Assembly (NCBI GenBank): GCA_964016885.1
Contig: OZ024742.1
Location: 207,204,001-207,268,000 of the forward strand
Origin: Eledone cirrhosa
Taxonomy: Eukaryota
DNA: 64,000 bases
Reading direction: 5' to 3'
Numbering within the stretch: the stretch's first letter is position 1; the number at the start of each line of letters is the position of its first letter. The translations under genes and the position numbers were made by a program. Under the pieces are notes generated by a model. It was given only the letters and a program-made list of their open reading frames with translations. It searched no databases and was not told the origin of the DNA. Below are positions 48,944 through 61,260 of the stretch, one piece after another.

Positions 48944-50915
48944 TGTAAAAAACTCCCTATTTAAAATGTATTACATACATTTCTTAATAAAAAATAAATT
49001 AGGCACATGTATGAACTGTTAAATTAAGGGTAGATGTGTATTTATAATATACCTTTCAACTGCGGTCGTTTTATATTCTTGATATACTCAGACAATAATT
49101 ATTTTCCCTAATGGGTTTGTATATGTATATGTTTCTGTGATTGTAATAATTATTTTTAACAAAACATAGATAGAATACGTATGGTAATTTAAGTTAATAC
49201 ACTTCTCAATGTTATCCAAAGGTTGTATTTTGAGATGTGACTTCGATCATTCTATTTGAATGCTTTTGATTTAAGTTACTGAAAGAACGCTGGTTAGTTT
49301 ATGTATAGTTACGGAAAGAACGCTGGTTAAAAATAATTATTATATACACACACATCTAAACAAACATATACATAAACACACTCATTAGAGAAAATAATTA
49401 TTGCATGCACACGCATATATGCGTGTGTGAATATATGTGTATGTGCATGTGCATATGTATGCATTTATATGTATGAGTAAGGCAGGTGTAGCGAACGCTA
49501 TTCGCTCTTTTCAATACATTGTCACAGTCCCCTTTCGTTCATGTAAGTAATAATTATTTGTTTAAGTGTGTCTGTTTATATATATGTATGTGTAAATTCG
49601 CATGTCTGTAATTATATTGTCTATGTATCTTTCTAAATAAACATAAACAAGCCCATACACTCACTCAAATATATATAAATATATTTTACACAAACACACA
49701 TAGACATACACACACACACACACAAACATTCACATAATCATAACAACCAATGTCTGTAGCCAATTCGCAATACACACACACACACACACAGACGCCGTTT
49801 TCTGGAGTTCGGTCATCACCCCTTCCTTCGTCAGTCATGTCTTGTGACAGACAAAAACACAAGGGCATTATATATATTAGTAGATGTGAACATTAAGATG
49901 TGCTTAAGCAAGAGTAGATTAGCTCACCCCAGAACAGAAAATGATGGGGGGTCGGTGCAGTTGAATGAGAAGTTAATTTTCTTAGTGTGGTCAGAGCCAG
50001 AAGTGTCACAAATTCGGTTCGTCAGTCCTCCAAACTCTGAGATGAAACTGTTTTTATTTTCTTTTTTTTACTGTAAAATTAGTTTTTTTGTATTATAATA
50101 TACATATTTTATTAAGCTTGACGGAGATTTTTTTTATTGTGAGATAGTATGTTTTATAGCGAGTTTTTTTTTCCAGCCTTCTCGCCAGACTTAATCTAAG
50201 ATTCACGCTGCAACGCTGGACTAGGGTGCTGGAGAAGCGAAGGAAACACAAACTGTAGGGGTTACCTACGGTGCTGAATTCCCTGGCGACGCTCCTGGAT
50301 ATGCTAGCAGAAAATATGTACCGTAGATATTTTTAGTGATAATTGTTAAAGTTTTTTTAATCAACCACGTTGGTGTAATTTCGTATCGCTATGTAAGAAA
50401 TCATAAAACTATGCACCAGAGTCTATTTGTTCACCCACCCCACCATTCGCGTGTTCTATTTTTCTCGTTTCTTACTTGCGCTGCTACCAGAGTGAGCTGC
50501 AACGGGTATATACTGGTAAAAAGTTAAGAATTTACCATTCTTCAACTAACAAATGATGGCTCTTAATCCTTTCATAATTCATTGCATAATCCTTTCCTAA
50601 ACCTTGGTTGTTCAGTGTTTGAACCAGCATTTGTTGTCAGACCACACTAAGAAAATTACTGAGCCTGCATTTCCTACACCACATTCCACAATCACGCATG
50701 TGAACTTGTTGTTGTGTCTCAGATCAACTTGGATGAAGCAGACATGGTAAGAGACATCTTCGTCATAACTAACACATCGTTTTTTAATATCAAGGACTAA
50801 TACATTGCACAATGTGTTGGTGCTCATTTAAGACGAAGGAAGTTTTTTTCTTTTGTGTTTTTTGCTTTATATTTGTAAAATGTCAATTGATTGAACCACA
50901 CTGTGCATGTGTGTG

Positions 50916-50976
<61 letters not shown>

Positions 50977-51023
50977 CTGATGATTTCTAATGAATGAAAC
51001 AGTTCTAGTCCTGTAGAATCTCA

Positions 51024-51070
<47 letters not shown>

Positions 51071-51736
51071 TAATCTATACGGCCTCTACACTTCTACATT
51101 AGGTGTCAGTAAAGTAGATAGATATTTTCTGCCACATAATGATAGCGATTACAGAGGTGTTAGGATTTGTTGAATCTAATCCTTATATATTACACATACT
51201 TATTTTGTTGACTCTGAAAGTGGAGAGTTCCTGTTGGATTTGAACAGAATACTAACATTATATAGCATCTAACCTTATTCTTTGACTCATGGCTTCAGTA
51301 TCTTTAAAGGAATCTTATTCACATACATAAATTAGTGACGGTTGTTTCATGATGTTGCTGCTGGTGATTTTATCATGATAGTTGTGGTTGTGATGCTGGC
51401 AATGGTTTTAGTAATGGTGTTATTTTTATTGTGTTGAGGAGGGTGTTAGTAGTAACGTCATTTTTGTGGTGGTGGTGGTGGTGGCGTTATTGGGCATGTT
51501 GATACTTGGTGGCAGTGATATATAGTGAGATAGAAAGAAAAAAATGGGGATTTATATACACACATATGTGTGTATGTGTGTGTGTATGTATGTATATATC
51601 CGTGCGTAGTTGACGTACGAGAAAGAAGAGTACTCAATCGTGAAATAGAGTTTAAATATTAATTTATTAAGGCTAAGTAGTGAGACCAGTCTGGTGAAGC
51701 CCCAGGGTAACAAGACTCACTACTTAACCAAAATAA

Positions 51737-51798
<62 letters not shown>

Positions 51799-51881
51799 AA
51801 CAATAAGCGGGGAGAAGTAAATATGATGATGTTCATCATCATCAGCTATATTATTGTTGTTGATGTCATTATTGTTGCAAT

Positions 51882-52197
51882 TTGTTGAAAGATGGGTAAC
51901 AGAGGCAAGCATGGCTCGAATGAATGGGCCTGCCCTGACTGTGCCCCTGTAGATTGGAGGTGGCAAAACGGGAGAGAGCACTTGCCCTTGCGCTCAGGGT
52001 CACCGAAGGTTTTTGTGGGCTTTCTCCACGATTGACTTTCGGAAGTTCCCCCTTATTGGGAAATTTCTTTTGTTGCTTCCTTCTTATTGTTTTTGTTGTT
52101 TTTTTACACGCAGAAATGCCCATTTGTACCGTCCTGTATTGTCCTGTACTGTCCTTAATGTCTACTTTATGTAAACCCTTGTGGTTAATAAAGAAAA

Positions 52198-52228
<31 letters not shown>
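51882..52228 (+). mobile_element. Heavily 5'-truncated Tx1 copy (ORF2 end, 3'UTR, (TTA)n tail)
   Basis: TTTGTTGAAAGATGGG...GAAATGCCCATTTGTACCGTCCTG...TTAATAAAGAAAACATTATTA matches the 3' ends of copies 1-3. Confidence 0.9.
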
Positions 52229-52236
52229 GTTTTTAG

Positions 52237-52425
52237 GACGGTGGATTGGCAGTATCGGTAGAGGGTCAGACACCATGCTTTCCAGCATAGTTACGTCCCT
52301 TTACGATCTGAGTTCAAATCCCGCCGAGGTTGACTTTGCCTTTCATCATTACGGGGTCGATAAAATAAAGTACCAGTAATGCACTGGGTAATTGCTGGCT
52401 TTGTGCCTAAAGTAGAAACAATTAT
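52237..52425 (+). mobile_element. tRNA-derived SINE
   Basis: Pol III A-box-like TGGCAGTATCGG, B-box-like GAGTTCAAATCC, core TTTCATC.TTACGGGGTCGATAAAATAAAGTA; ends AGAAACAATTATT; second copy at 54167. Confidence 0.8.
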
Positions 52426-52444
52426 TGTTGTTGTTGTTGTTGTT

Positions 52445-54160
52445 GTTGTACGTATTGAATGTCGATCCTCTGCTGCGGAAGCTGGAGCTGTTGCAGGGCA
52501 TCCAACTCGAACCACGACGCGGAAAGACTGTGTTGGCTTATGCGGATGACATCAACGTGATGGTGTCGGACACCTCGGAAATCGAGGTGATTGGCAACTT
52601 ATTAGAGGAATATGAAAGGTTGAGGAGAGCGAAACTTAACCCGGAAAAGTCGGTGGGCTTGGAGCTCGGCATTTGGAGCGGCAAGTTCATGCCGTCCAAC
52701 AGCCACACTGGGCATTAGTCGAACGCATCGGTAAAGATGCTTGGCGTTTGTTTAGAAGCAGAACTCCAGGTGGATAACAATTGAGACGGGCAGCGTAGCC
52801 AGTTTCTACCCAGAAATGAGCTGCGAGGAAGCTGTCACTGAAAGGTCGGGCGGAGGTGGCGAATGCGTACATCGCTTCCGTCATCTACTATCGCCTGATC
52901 GTCATGCCTTGCGCCCTTCTGCGCCTCGCAAATTGGGAACTGCTGCTCTTTAAATTCTCGTAGAGGGAACAGGTCCCGTTGGTGAGATTATTCATCTGCT
53001 GCCAGCACCCTCTACACCGAGGGCTGGGCATGCCGTGGCTAATGATGTGCAGTCATGCGCCGATGCTGCGGCATCTCTAGATATTCTGCCTAAACGGTGA
53101 ACAGTTGTGGTCACCGTTTATCAGACGGGCCTTTCCGCAGCTCCTCTCTTTGACTGAGCTACAGAGCTGGGTCACGAGGAGACCGAGATTGGGTGACTGG
53201 CATCTGGAATGTTCCTAGGCACTCACTGCCCTCTACAAGGCAGGCAATGGGGTCAATTGAATTTCCACTCTCGAGTTCTATAGAGTATTAGCGGTGGACA
53301 AGTGCGACGACGCAGTCGGAGAGGATCTCAGCATCGACGAAGTCGAACTAACGAGTCTGTTCCGGAGGACTTTTAAGCTGGGGACGATGGATGACTTCCA
53401 GAAATTCCTCACTTGGCAGTGCTACCGGGGGGCACTGTCGGTTCGAGATAAACTCTAGAGGCACGGAAGTGCTGTCAAATGGACCTGCCCGAGATGTGCG
53501 CAGAGCCATGAAACCGTTCTGCACGCACTCGTCCACTGTCTTTATGTTACTGACTTGTGTAATTATGTCGAACAGCTGTTGTCGCTTGTAGAACGGATCC
53601 GGCTATCAGCCGAGTCCATAGTGAAGATGGTCCCACCGCCTTGTTTGTCCAGGACGGGCAAGCAGTTTTCCTTTGTCTGGTGGCAATTGCGAAAGAGATT
53701 GTATGGAGGTCCAGGCTGAAAGGACTGAAGATAGACACTTTTCTTTTCGGCCAATCCCTCATCAACTTCTTCAAATTTCACTTAGAAAGGAAGTTGAATG
53801 TGGAGAGAGAAGTGTTTCCCTCCAGTAAAAGGTGGATGACTGTAGCGAGAATGGACCGTGTGAGTGGGCCTACTCTGACCATGCGCCTGTAGGCTGGTTA
53901 TTTTGAGGAGGAGAAGGGTGCCGTAGAAGTGTCGGGTTGTTCAGGATTGGTGCGGTACTTGAGTCAACCTCCGGGTGGTTCACTCGCTATTCGATAATTT
54001 ATTTTGTTATTTTTATACATATTTTATTTTATATTTTTTCATTGTTAAATTGGTTTTGCTTTTGTGCACTTTTACTCGAGCTTATTGTAAACCCCCACTG
54101 TTCGAGTCTTTGCATTATCATTATCCCCTACATGTCGGTCCTTGTGGCCAATAAATGAAA
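52445..54160 (+). pseudogene. 5'-truncated diverged Tx1 ORF2 (RT to C-terminus) and 3'UTR
   Basis: LLYVLNVDPLLRKLE, VLAYADDINV, GQAVFLCLVAIAKEIVW, FFKFHLERK; 3' end CCTTGTGGCCAATAAA. Confidence 0.88.
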
Positions 54161-54166
54161 TCTTCA

Positions 54167-54362
54167 TGGGATTGGCAGTATCGGTAGAAGGTCGGATGCC
54201 ATGCTTTGCAACATAAAGTTACACCCCTTTATAGTCTGAGTCCGAATCCCGCCGAGGTTAACTTTCCCTTTCATCCTTACGGGGTCGATAAAATAAAGTA
54301 GCAGTAATGCACTGGGATAATTGCTGGCCTTGTGCCAAAAGTAGAAACAATTATTATTATTA
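54167..54362 (+). mobile_element. tRNA-derived SINE with (TTA)n tail
   Basis: Collinear with 52237-52425. Confidence 0.8.
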
Positions 54363-54788
54363 ATGTTGTTGTTGTTTCTCTATGTAATATCAACTCTTGA
54401 GCTGTTCATCGCAGATTAAAGAGGTTTTATAAGAAAATTAAATGAAAAGCGTAAAAGTATCGCTAAAGAAGTAAAAATAAAATTCATGGGTTGCGAGAAG
54501 AGAGAGAAAGGTTAGAGGGATTCACATGGCTGTGTAGCGCTTTTTTTGTCTCCTCCTCATCACGTCATCAAAGAATAGGGGTGGGACAGTATAGGTAAGC
54601 ACACATGAATGCAAGGAGAGGAAAGATATTGGTAGTAGTGCGGGTGGTTATGGTAGTGGTGGGTGATAATGCTGACTAATATGTTATGTGGGTCTATGTA
54701 TTTATCTATCTAAACAAATAGATAGATATGTTTATATATACATATATATGTGTGTGTGTGTACGTATATGTATGTATATCTGTTACTT

Positions 54789-54825
<37 letters not shown>

Positions 54826-54830
<5 letters not shown>

Positions 54831-55105
54831 TTGGGGAGGGTCATATTTGTGTAATAATATTGCCAGAATTAATAACAGAACACACGCACTGTTTGGTTGG
54901 TTTTCGCTACTGTGTCTTTTATATCAGTTAATTTAATTTATTCGGTCCTCAATGTTACTATTGACTGACCAACGGTCAAAAATACAGATATAATATAGAC
55001 ACAAACACACATATATATAGTCTAACAAAGTTCTTTCGTTGCACATCTGCAACATAGTCAGTGGTGCTATTATGTTTCCTCCTGTTGTATTGTATGCCTA
55101 CGCAA
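54826..55105 (-). mobile_element. Solo Penelope B pLTR/3' region
   Basis: Reverse complement of ~31275-31523; abuts (TA)n. Confidence 0.8.
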
Positions 55106-55125
55106 AACTCGTAAAAATATATATG

Positions 55126-55341
55126 TTAGCTGCCCCCTCGTCATCGAGTATGGCCATTGCACGACATAACATTATTAATAATTATTAATTAATGCAATCC
55201 TGAAATGCCTGTGCGTGAAGAATATTTTTAAAGTAAGGAAAGACTGTGCCCTGAGCCAATCCCACACTCTTAGCGACAGTAGCTATAACCCGAAAAGAAG
55301 AAACGATCAACATCATCAGCAACTACTGAGCCGCAGGTTAC
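55126..55341 (-). mobile_element. Short non-coding retroelement (RTE-like 3' end), inverted partner of 56681-56896
   Basis: Near reverse complement of 56681-56896; related end at 63963-64000. Confidence 0.7.
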
Positions 55342-55347
55342 GCAAAA

Positions 55348-55401
<54 letters not shown>

Positions 55402-55484
55402 AAAGTTCTATTTAAAGTTGTTGGGATACAACAAGTAAATATTTTTATAACTGATATAAAGCACTCGACAAATTTTTGGAGTAG

Positions 55485-55572
55485 ATATACGATATTAATA
55501 AATGGAAACTATATTTATAAAACCATATAAATAAATATGGTTTTATAAATATAGTTTCCATTTATTAATATC

Positions 55573-55578
<6 letters not shown>
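55485..55578. repeat. Perfect 44-bp-arm palindrome with 6-nt loop, abutting (TA)n
   Basis: 55485-55528 is the exact reverse complement of 55535-55578. Confidence 0.9.
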
Positions 55579-55630
<52 letters not shown>

Positions 55631-55636
<6 letters not shown>

Positions 55637-56050
55637 ATACTTGGGGAGGGTCATATTTGCGTAATATTGCTAGAATTAATAACAGAACACACTCACTGTT
55701 TGGTTGGTTTTCGCTTCTCGCTGTCTTTTATATCTGCGACCTAACTTACTCGGTCCTCAATGTTGCCATTGACTGACCGACGGTCAAAATTAATACAGAT
55801 ACAATATAGACAATATATATTGTATCTGTATTATTTTTGACCGTCGGTCAGTCAATGGCAACATTGAGGACCGAGTAAGTTAGATCGCAGATATAAAAGA
55901 CAGCGAGAAGCGAAAACCAACCAAACAGTGAGTGTGTTCTGTTATTAATTCTGGCAATATTACGCAAATATGACCCTCCCCAAGTATAACAATATCTGTT
56001 TCGACACACGATTTCATATAAAAAACCTCGCTAAACTAATTCATCGCCGC
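55631..56050. mobile_element. Fold-back of two inverted Penelope B pLTR pieces in (TA)n
   Basis: ~55631-55808 and ~55816-55993 are near-perfect inverted arms; the right arm continues ~55 nt to the same terminus as 31585. Confidence 0.85.
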
Positions 56051-56140
<90 letters not shown>

Positions 56141-56544
56141 CATATATATATATGTGTGTGTGTGTGTATTCATATCAGGTCGCTCTCGAGTGGTACTGGT
56201 AACATGTAACCCAATGTATGTCTGTATGTATGTATGTATGTATGTATGTATGTATGTACGTATGTATGTATGTCGGGTCACTCTTGAGTGCTACCGGTAA
56301 CATGTAACCCAATACAACCCGTCGCATAGTCGGGTCGTCGGTGACTCCACCAAGTTTATTTGACGAGGATGGTGATTTTGGACACCCTGCAGGACAAAAA
56401 ACAAAACTTGACAAAGGGTGGACGAACTCTTAAGAGTCAACGGCCATCTAAAAATGTGTAAATGTGTATATACATGTATGCATCTGTATATATCTATTTA
56501 TATCTATTTATATATGTATATATATGTATGCATGTGTATGTATA

Positions 56545-56894
56545 TGCCAGGGGACATTGAAATAATCGGGCTGGATACCCGATCGCGCTGTTAAACCACT
56601 GGGAGTGAAGGACCCCTAGCCTTTGTCAGGGCATTCTTCTACGAGAAAGCAACTCAGGAAACTGGGATAACTCCAACAGATAACCTGCGGCTCAGTAGTT
56701 GCTGATGATGTTGATCTTTTCTTCTTCTCGGGTTATAGCTACTGTCGCTCAGAGAGTGGGATTGGCTCAGTGCACAGTCTTTCATCATTTAAAAAATATT
56801 CTTCACGCACAGGCATTTCAGGATTGCATTAATTAATAATTATTAATAATGTTATGTTGTGCAATGGCCATACTCGATGACGAGGGGGCAGCTA

Positions 56895-56896
<2 letters not shown>
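56545..56896 (+). mobile_element. Short non-autonomous retroelement, probably RTE-dependent
   Basis: Non-coding; ends GAGGGGGCAGCTAAC before (CA)n(TA)n; second copy at 55126. Confidence 0.55.
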
Positions 56897-56956
<60 letters not shown>

Positions 56957-57369
56957 GTATAAGTATAATAAGGAGGTAGATCTGTAAGCTTGGGAAGGAC
57001 TCATAATAATAAGCATCTCTGTAAGGAATAACACTTGTTTAGTGAGAGAACAAACAAACGAATGTGCGGCAAGTTTGAGCAACAAAGCATTCCTTAACAT
57101 TACAAGAGAAATATATTTTCATTGGTCATTAAACTGATATGTAGGGAATGTCATAATTGGACAATATTACGATGGAATTTTCCTGGATCTCCATCGTGTG
57201 TTAGGCCTAGATGTTTTCCTTTTATCTTTATTGTTATTGTTGTTGTAATTGTAGATAGTGTTGTTTATATTTTGTTTTTATTGTTTATTTTTCGTAATTA
57301 CGCGCGTGTTGTTATATTGGTTGCTCTTGATGTTAATGGTGATGATTGTGTTGCTGCTGATGAGATAAT

Positions 57370-57511
57370 GGTGATGATGATGATGAGGATGATGATGAGG
57401 AGGAGGAGGAGGAGAGGAGAGGGGAGAGAGGAGGAGGATCACGGATGTCGTTACCGACGATGATGATGATGATGATTATGATGACGATGACGACAACGAC
57501 AATGATAATTG

Positions 57512-57543
<32 letters not shown>

Positions 57544-57633
57544 GATTAATTATGATGAGGATGATGATGATAAGGACGAACAGGGGGGGGGGGCAGCATA
57601 TGACGACGAAGAAAGCAAGGGCAAAGATGATTG

Positions 57634-57716
<83 letters not shown>

Positions 57717-57841
57717 GATTGATTATGATGATGTTGGTGAAGAGGATGACGATGGGGTGGGGGGGGGGGAGGGGAGGGTTGAAGGGGCGGCATATGGCGA
57801 TGACAACAAATACAATGATAATTGTGATGATACCTGTAGTC

Positions 57842-57878
<37 letters not shown>

Positions 57879-57880
57879 GT
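57370..57880. repeat. (GAT)n/(GAG)n compound microsatellite
   Basis: Long GAT tracts visible directly. Confidence 0.9.
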
Positions 57881-58045
57881 GATATGATGGTGATGGCGAT
57901 GCTGGTTGTGGTGTTTGTGTTGTCACGCAGTACAATGTGGGCTGATGTGTTGCACGAAGTTAGTCACACAAGCGATAATTCTCTGTGTGAGAAGCGGCGA
58001 AGGCGGCGGAGCGAGGTGGTAGCAAAAGGACGGCTTAGAGACGAA

Positions 58046-59690
58046 GAGGATATCTAGATTATTGCTGTTTTCCTCCGCCGGTAGTAAGTAGTGCCTGTGG
58101 GAGATGGTAGTGGTGGTGGTGGTGGTGGTGGTGGCGGTGTGGGTGGTAGTGGTGGTATGGTGGTGGCGGTGGTGGTCGAGGTAGGGGTGGGAGGGATGAT
58201 CTTGGTGGTGGTAGTGGTATTGTGGTGGTGGTGGTGGTGTAGGTGGTGGTGGTGGTATGGTGGTGGCGGTGAGGATATCTAGATTATTGCTGTTTCCTCC
58301 GCCGGTAGTAAGTAGTGCCTGTGGGAGATGGTAGTGGTGGTATGGTGGTAGTGGCGGTGTGGGTGGTAGTGTTGGTATGGTGGTGGCGGTGGTGGTCGAG
58401 GTAGGGGTGGGAGGGATGATTGTGGTGGTGGTAGTGCTATGCTGGTGGTGGTGGTGGTGTAGGTGGTAGTGGTGGTATGGTGGTGGCGGTGGTGATCGAG
58501 GTAGGGGTGGGAGGGATGATTGTGGTGGTGGTAGTGGTGGGAGGGATGATTGTGGTGGTGGTAGTGGTGGGAGGGATGATTGTGGTGGTGGTGGTGGTGG
58601 TGTAGGTGGTAGTGGTGGTATGGTGGTGGCGGTGGTGGTCGAGGTAGGGGTGGGAGGGATGATTGTGGTGGTGGTAGTGGTGGGAGAGAGGATTGTGCTG
58701 GTGGTAGTGGTATGGTGGTGGTGGTGGTGGTGTAGGTGGTAGTGGTGGTATGGTGGTGGCGGTGGTGGTCGAGGTAGGGGTGGGAGAGATGATTGTGGTG
58801 GTGACGGCAGAGGTGATGGTGATGGTGGTAGTGGTATGCTGGTGGTGGTGGTGGTGTAGGTGGTAGTGGTGTTGTTGTTATTAGTGGTGGTATGGGGGAT
58901 CGAGGTAGGGGGGGATTGTGGTGGTAGTGGTATGGTGGTGGTGTAGGTGGTAGTGGTGTTGTTGTTATTAGTGGTGGTATGGTGGGGGTGGTGTGGTCGA
59001 GGTAGGGGTGGGAGGGAGGATTGTGGTGGTAGTGGTATGGTGGTGGTGGTGGTGTAGGTGGTAGTGGTGTTGTTCTTATTGGTGGTGGTGTAGTGGTGGT
59101 GGTGTGGTCGAGGTAGGGGTGGGAGGAAGGATTGTGGTGGTAGTGGTATGGTGGTGGTGGTGGTGTAGGTGATAGTGGTGTTGTTGTTATTAGTGGTGGT
59201 ATGGTGGTGGTGGTGTGGTCGAGGTAGGGTGGGAGGGATGATCGTGGTGGTGGTAGTGGTATGGTGGTGGTGGTGGTGTAGTTGGTAATGGTGTTGTTGT
59301 TATTGGTGGTGGTGTGGTCGGGGTGGTGTGGTCGAGGTAGGGGTGGGAGGGACGATCGTGATGGTGGTAGTGGTATGGTGGTGGTGGTGTGGTCGAGGTA
59401 GGGGTGCGAGGGATGATTGTGGTGGTGACGGCGGAGGTGATGGTGATGGTGGTAGTGGTATGCTGGTGGTGGTGCTGGTGGTGGTGGCGGTGGTAAGGTC
59501 ATGGCTGAGGTGGGGGTAATGGTGGTGGTGTAGTCGAGATAGAGGTGGGTGCGATTGTGGTGGTGATAGTGGTAGTGGTATGGTGGTGGTGGTGGTGGTG
59601 GTGGTGGTGGTGATATGGTGGTGGTGGTGGTGTGGTCATGGTTGAGGGTGACGGTGTGGTGATCATGGTGATAGACCTCCATCTCCACCC
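58046..59690. repeat. G-rich compound satellite: (GGT)n punctuated by GGTCGAGGTAGGGGTGGGAGGGATGA
   Basis: The motif recurs about 10 times at ~90-150 bp spacing; the unique head is duplicated at 58046 and 58271. Confidence 0.9.
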
Positions 59691-59759
59691 TCTAAGAAGG
59701 AGGATGATGGAGGTGGTGGGATATTAATGGAGGTTATATTGTAATGGTGTAACTGGGAA

Positions 59760-60262
59760 AGTTTTCTCTCTCGCCTTCTCTCTCACACTCTTTTCCCCCT
59801 ATTGACTCCCGCGTTCTTTTTTTTCTTTTCTCTCTCTTATCTTTCTGTCTCTTTCCATTTCTCATTTTCTTTCCCTTACGCCTTCGCTCTCTCCCCTCCC
59901 TTTCTCCTGTCTCTTTCTCTTTTTACTCTCCTTGTCACTTCTTTCACCCTCCCCTCCTTCCTTATTCTCTCCTCATCTCTCTCCTCTCTCTTTCTCTTTT
60001 TACTCTCCTTGTCACTTCTCTCACCCTCCCCTCCTTCCTTATTCTCTCCTCTCTCTTACTCTCACCTCTCCCTCTCTACTCACTCCCTCTTTCCTCGCTC
60101 CTTCTCTACACGTTCCAGCTCTCCTTCCTCTCCCTTCCCTTCCTCTCTTCTTTGTCTCTCCCTTTCTCATCCCCCTCTCCTCTTCCCTTTCCTACGTCTT
60201 TCTTCTCTTCCACCTCCATCTCCTTTCTCTATCTCTCCTTCTCACCTTCCTCTCCTTACTCT
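59760..60262. repeat. Polypyrimidine low-complexity tract with internal duplication
   Basis: Almost entirely C/T; TCTTTCTCTTTTTACTCTCCTTGTCACTTCT occurs twice. Confidence 0.85.
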
Positions 60263-60889
60263 CCAAAAATATTTCCTTATCTATTATAGACAAACAGAAA
60301 TATTTATTATGATACTTTCAATTATATACTGCTTTATGTTTTGCTTTCTTTTCCCTTTTTATAATAACATTTTACATAATGTTTTATATCGTTTCTTTTT
60401 CTCGTTTGTTTATTTTTGTTTGTTTGTTGCACTAGTTTTGTGTTTAACTATTTTATTTATTTATTTTAAATTATTCAGTTTATTTTCTGTTTTTATTTCA
60501 AATATATTTTATTTTAATATTATATTCACATATTCTTTGTATTATTTTTGCATTCCATCCCATAGATATAAAAATGATGTGTAATATGATTTTGCACGAA
60601 GGAATGACGTGTAGTAGCGATGATAGCTATATCAGTAGTAGTGGTGGTGGTGGTAAGGGTTGATTGTGATCGTCGTCATCGTTGCCATTGTCGTAAACAT
60701 TCCCAAGATGTCACGCTGTTGAATCGAACCCTGAACCAATGATTGCGAAGTGAACCTCTTATACCATGCGTCCATAGTCAACTGATAAAATTGAAATAAA
60801 TCACTGTGTTTCTCGATATTTGCAAACCTCTGATCTTTTTCCAATGTAAGAAATAATTCACATTATTCGGAGTAACATAGCGAGTGACT

Positions 60890-61260
60890 ATGGAGGATTC
60901 GCAAAATCGTTAGAGCGCTAAACAAAAGGGAAAATGTACTTACGTACTTCCCTTTTTGTTCTGAGTTTACATCTCACCAAGATCAACTTTGATTTTTATC
61001 CTTCCAGGATTAATAAAATATAGTACCATTCACGTACTGGGGCTGATTTACACCTACCCCTAAATCATTTCCCACGCTGCTTGCAGAATTTGCGGTATTT
61101 TGTTACATCCCTTTACGTTCTGAGTTCAAACCCCACCGAGACTGATTTGCATTTCACCTTTCTGATGATAAAATAAATTACCAATCATACACTGAGGTCA
61201 ATATAGTTAATTTCTCTCTTCACAAATTTTATAGCATCATGCATATGTACGAATTCCTTA
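60890..61260 (+). mobile_element. Two degenerate tandem copies of the tRNA-derived SINE
   Basis: GTTCTGAGTTTACATCTCACC / GTTCTGAGTTCAAACCCCACCGAG, each followed by ATAAAATA...TACCA. Confidence 0.6.

Noticed and set aside
52237-52330. tRNA gene
   Set aside because: A/B boxes only, no cloverleaf; continues into a repeated SINE body. The same applies to 54167 and ~60700-60780.
55015-55070. Minus-strand CTGACTA-TGTTGCA-GATG-TGCAAC-GAAA in the Penelope B pLTR
   Set aside because: Good helix II, but position 8 is U and helix I is unconvincing; possibly a decayed hammerhead, not supportable without a consensus.
56695-56730. CTGATGA in the short RTE-like element
   Set aside because: Followed by CTTTTC/GTTTC rather than helix II and GAAA.
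58279-59688. 469-aa His/Pro/Thr-rich ORF resembling an extensin or histidine-rich protein
   Set aside because: Translation of the (ACC)n-based satellite strand, which is naturally poor in stops; no domain or gene structure.
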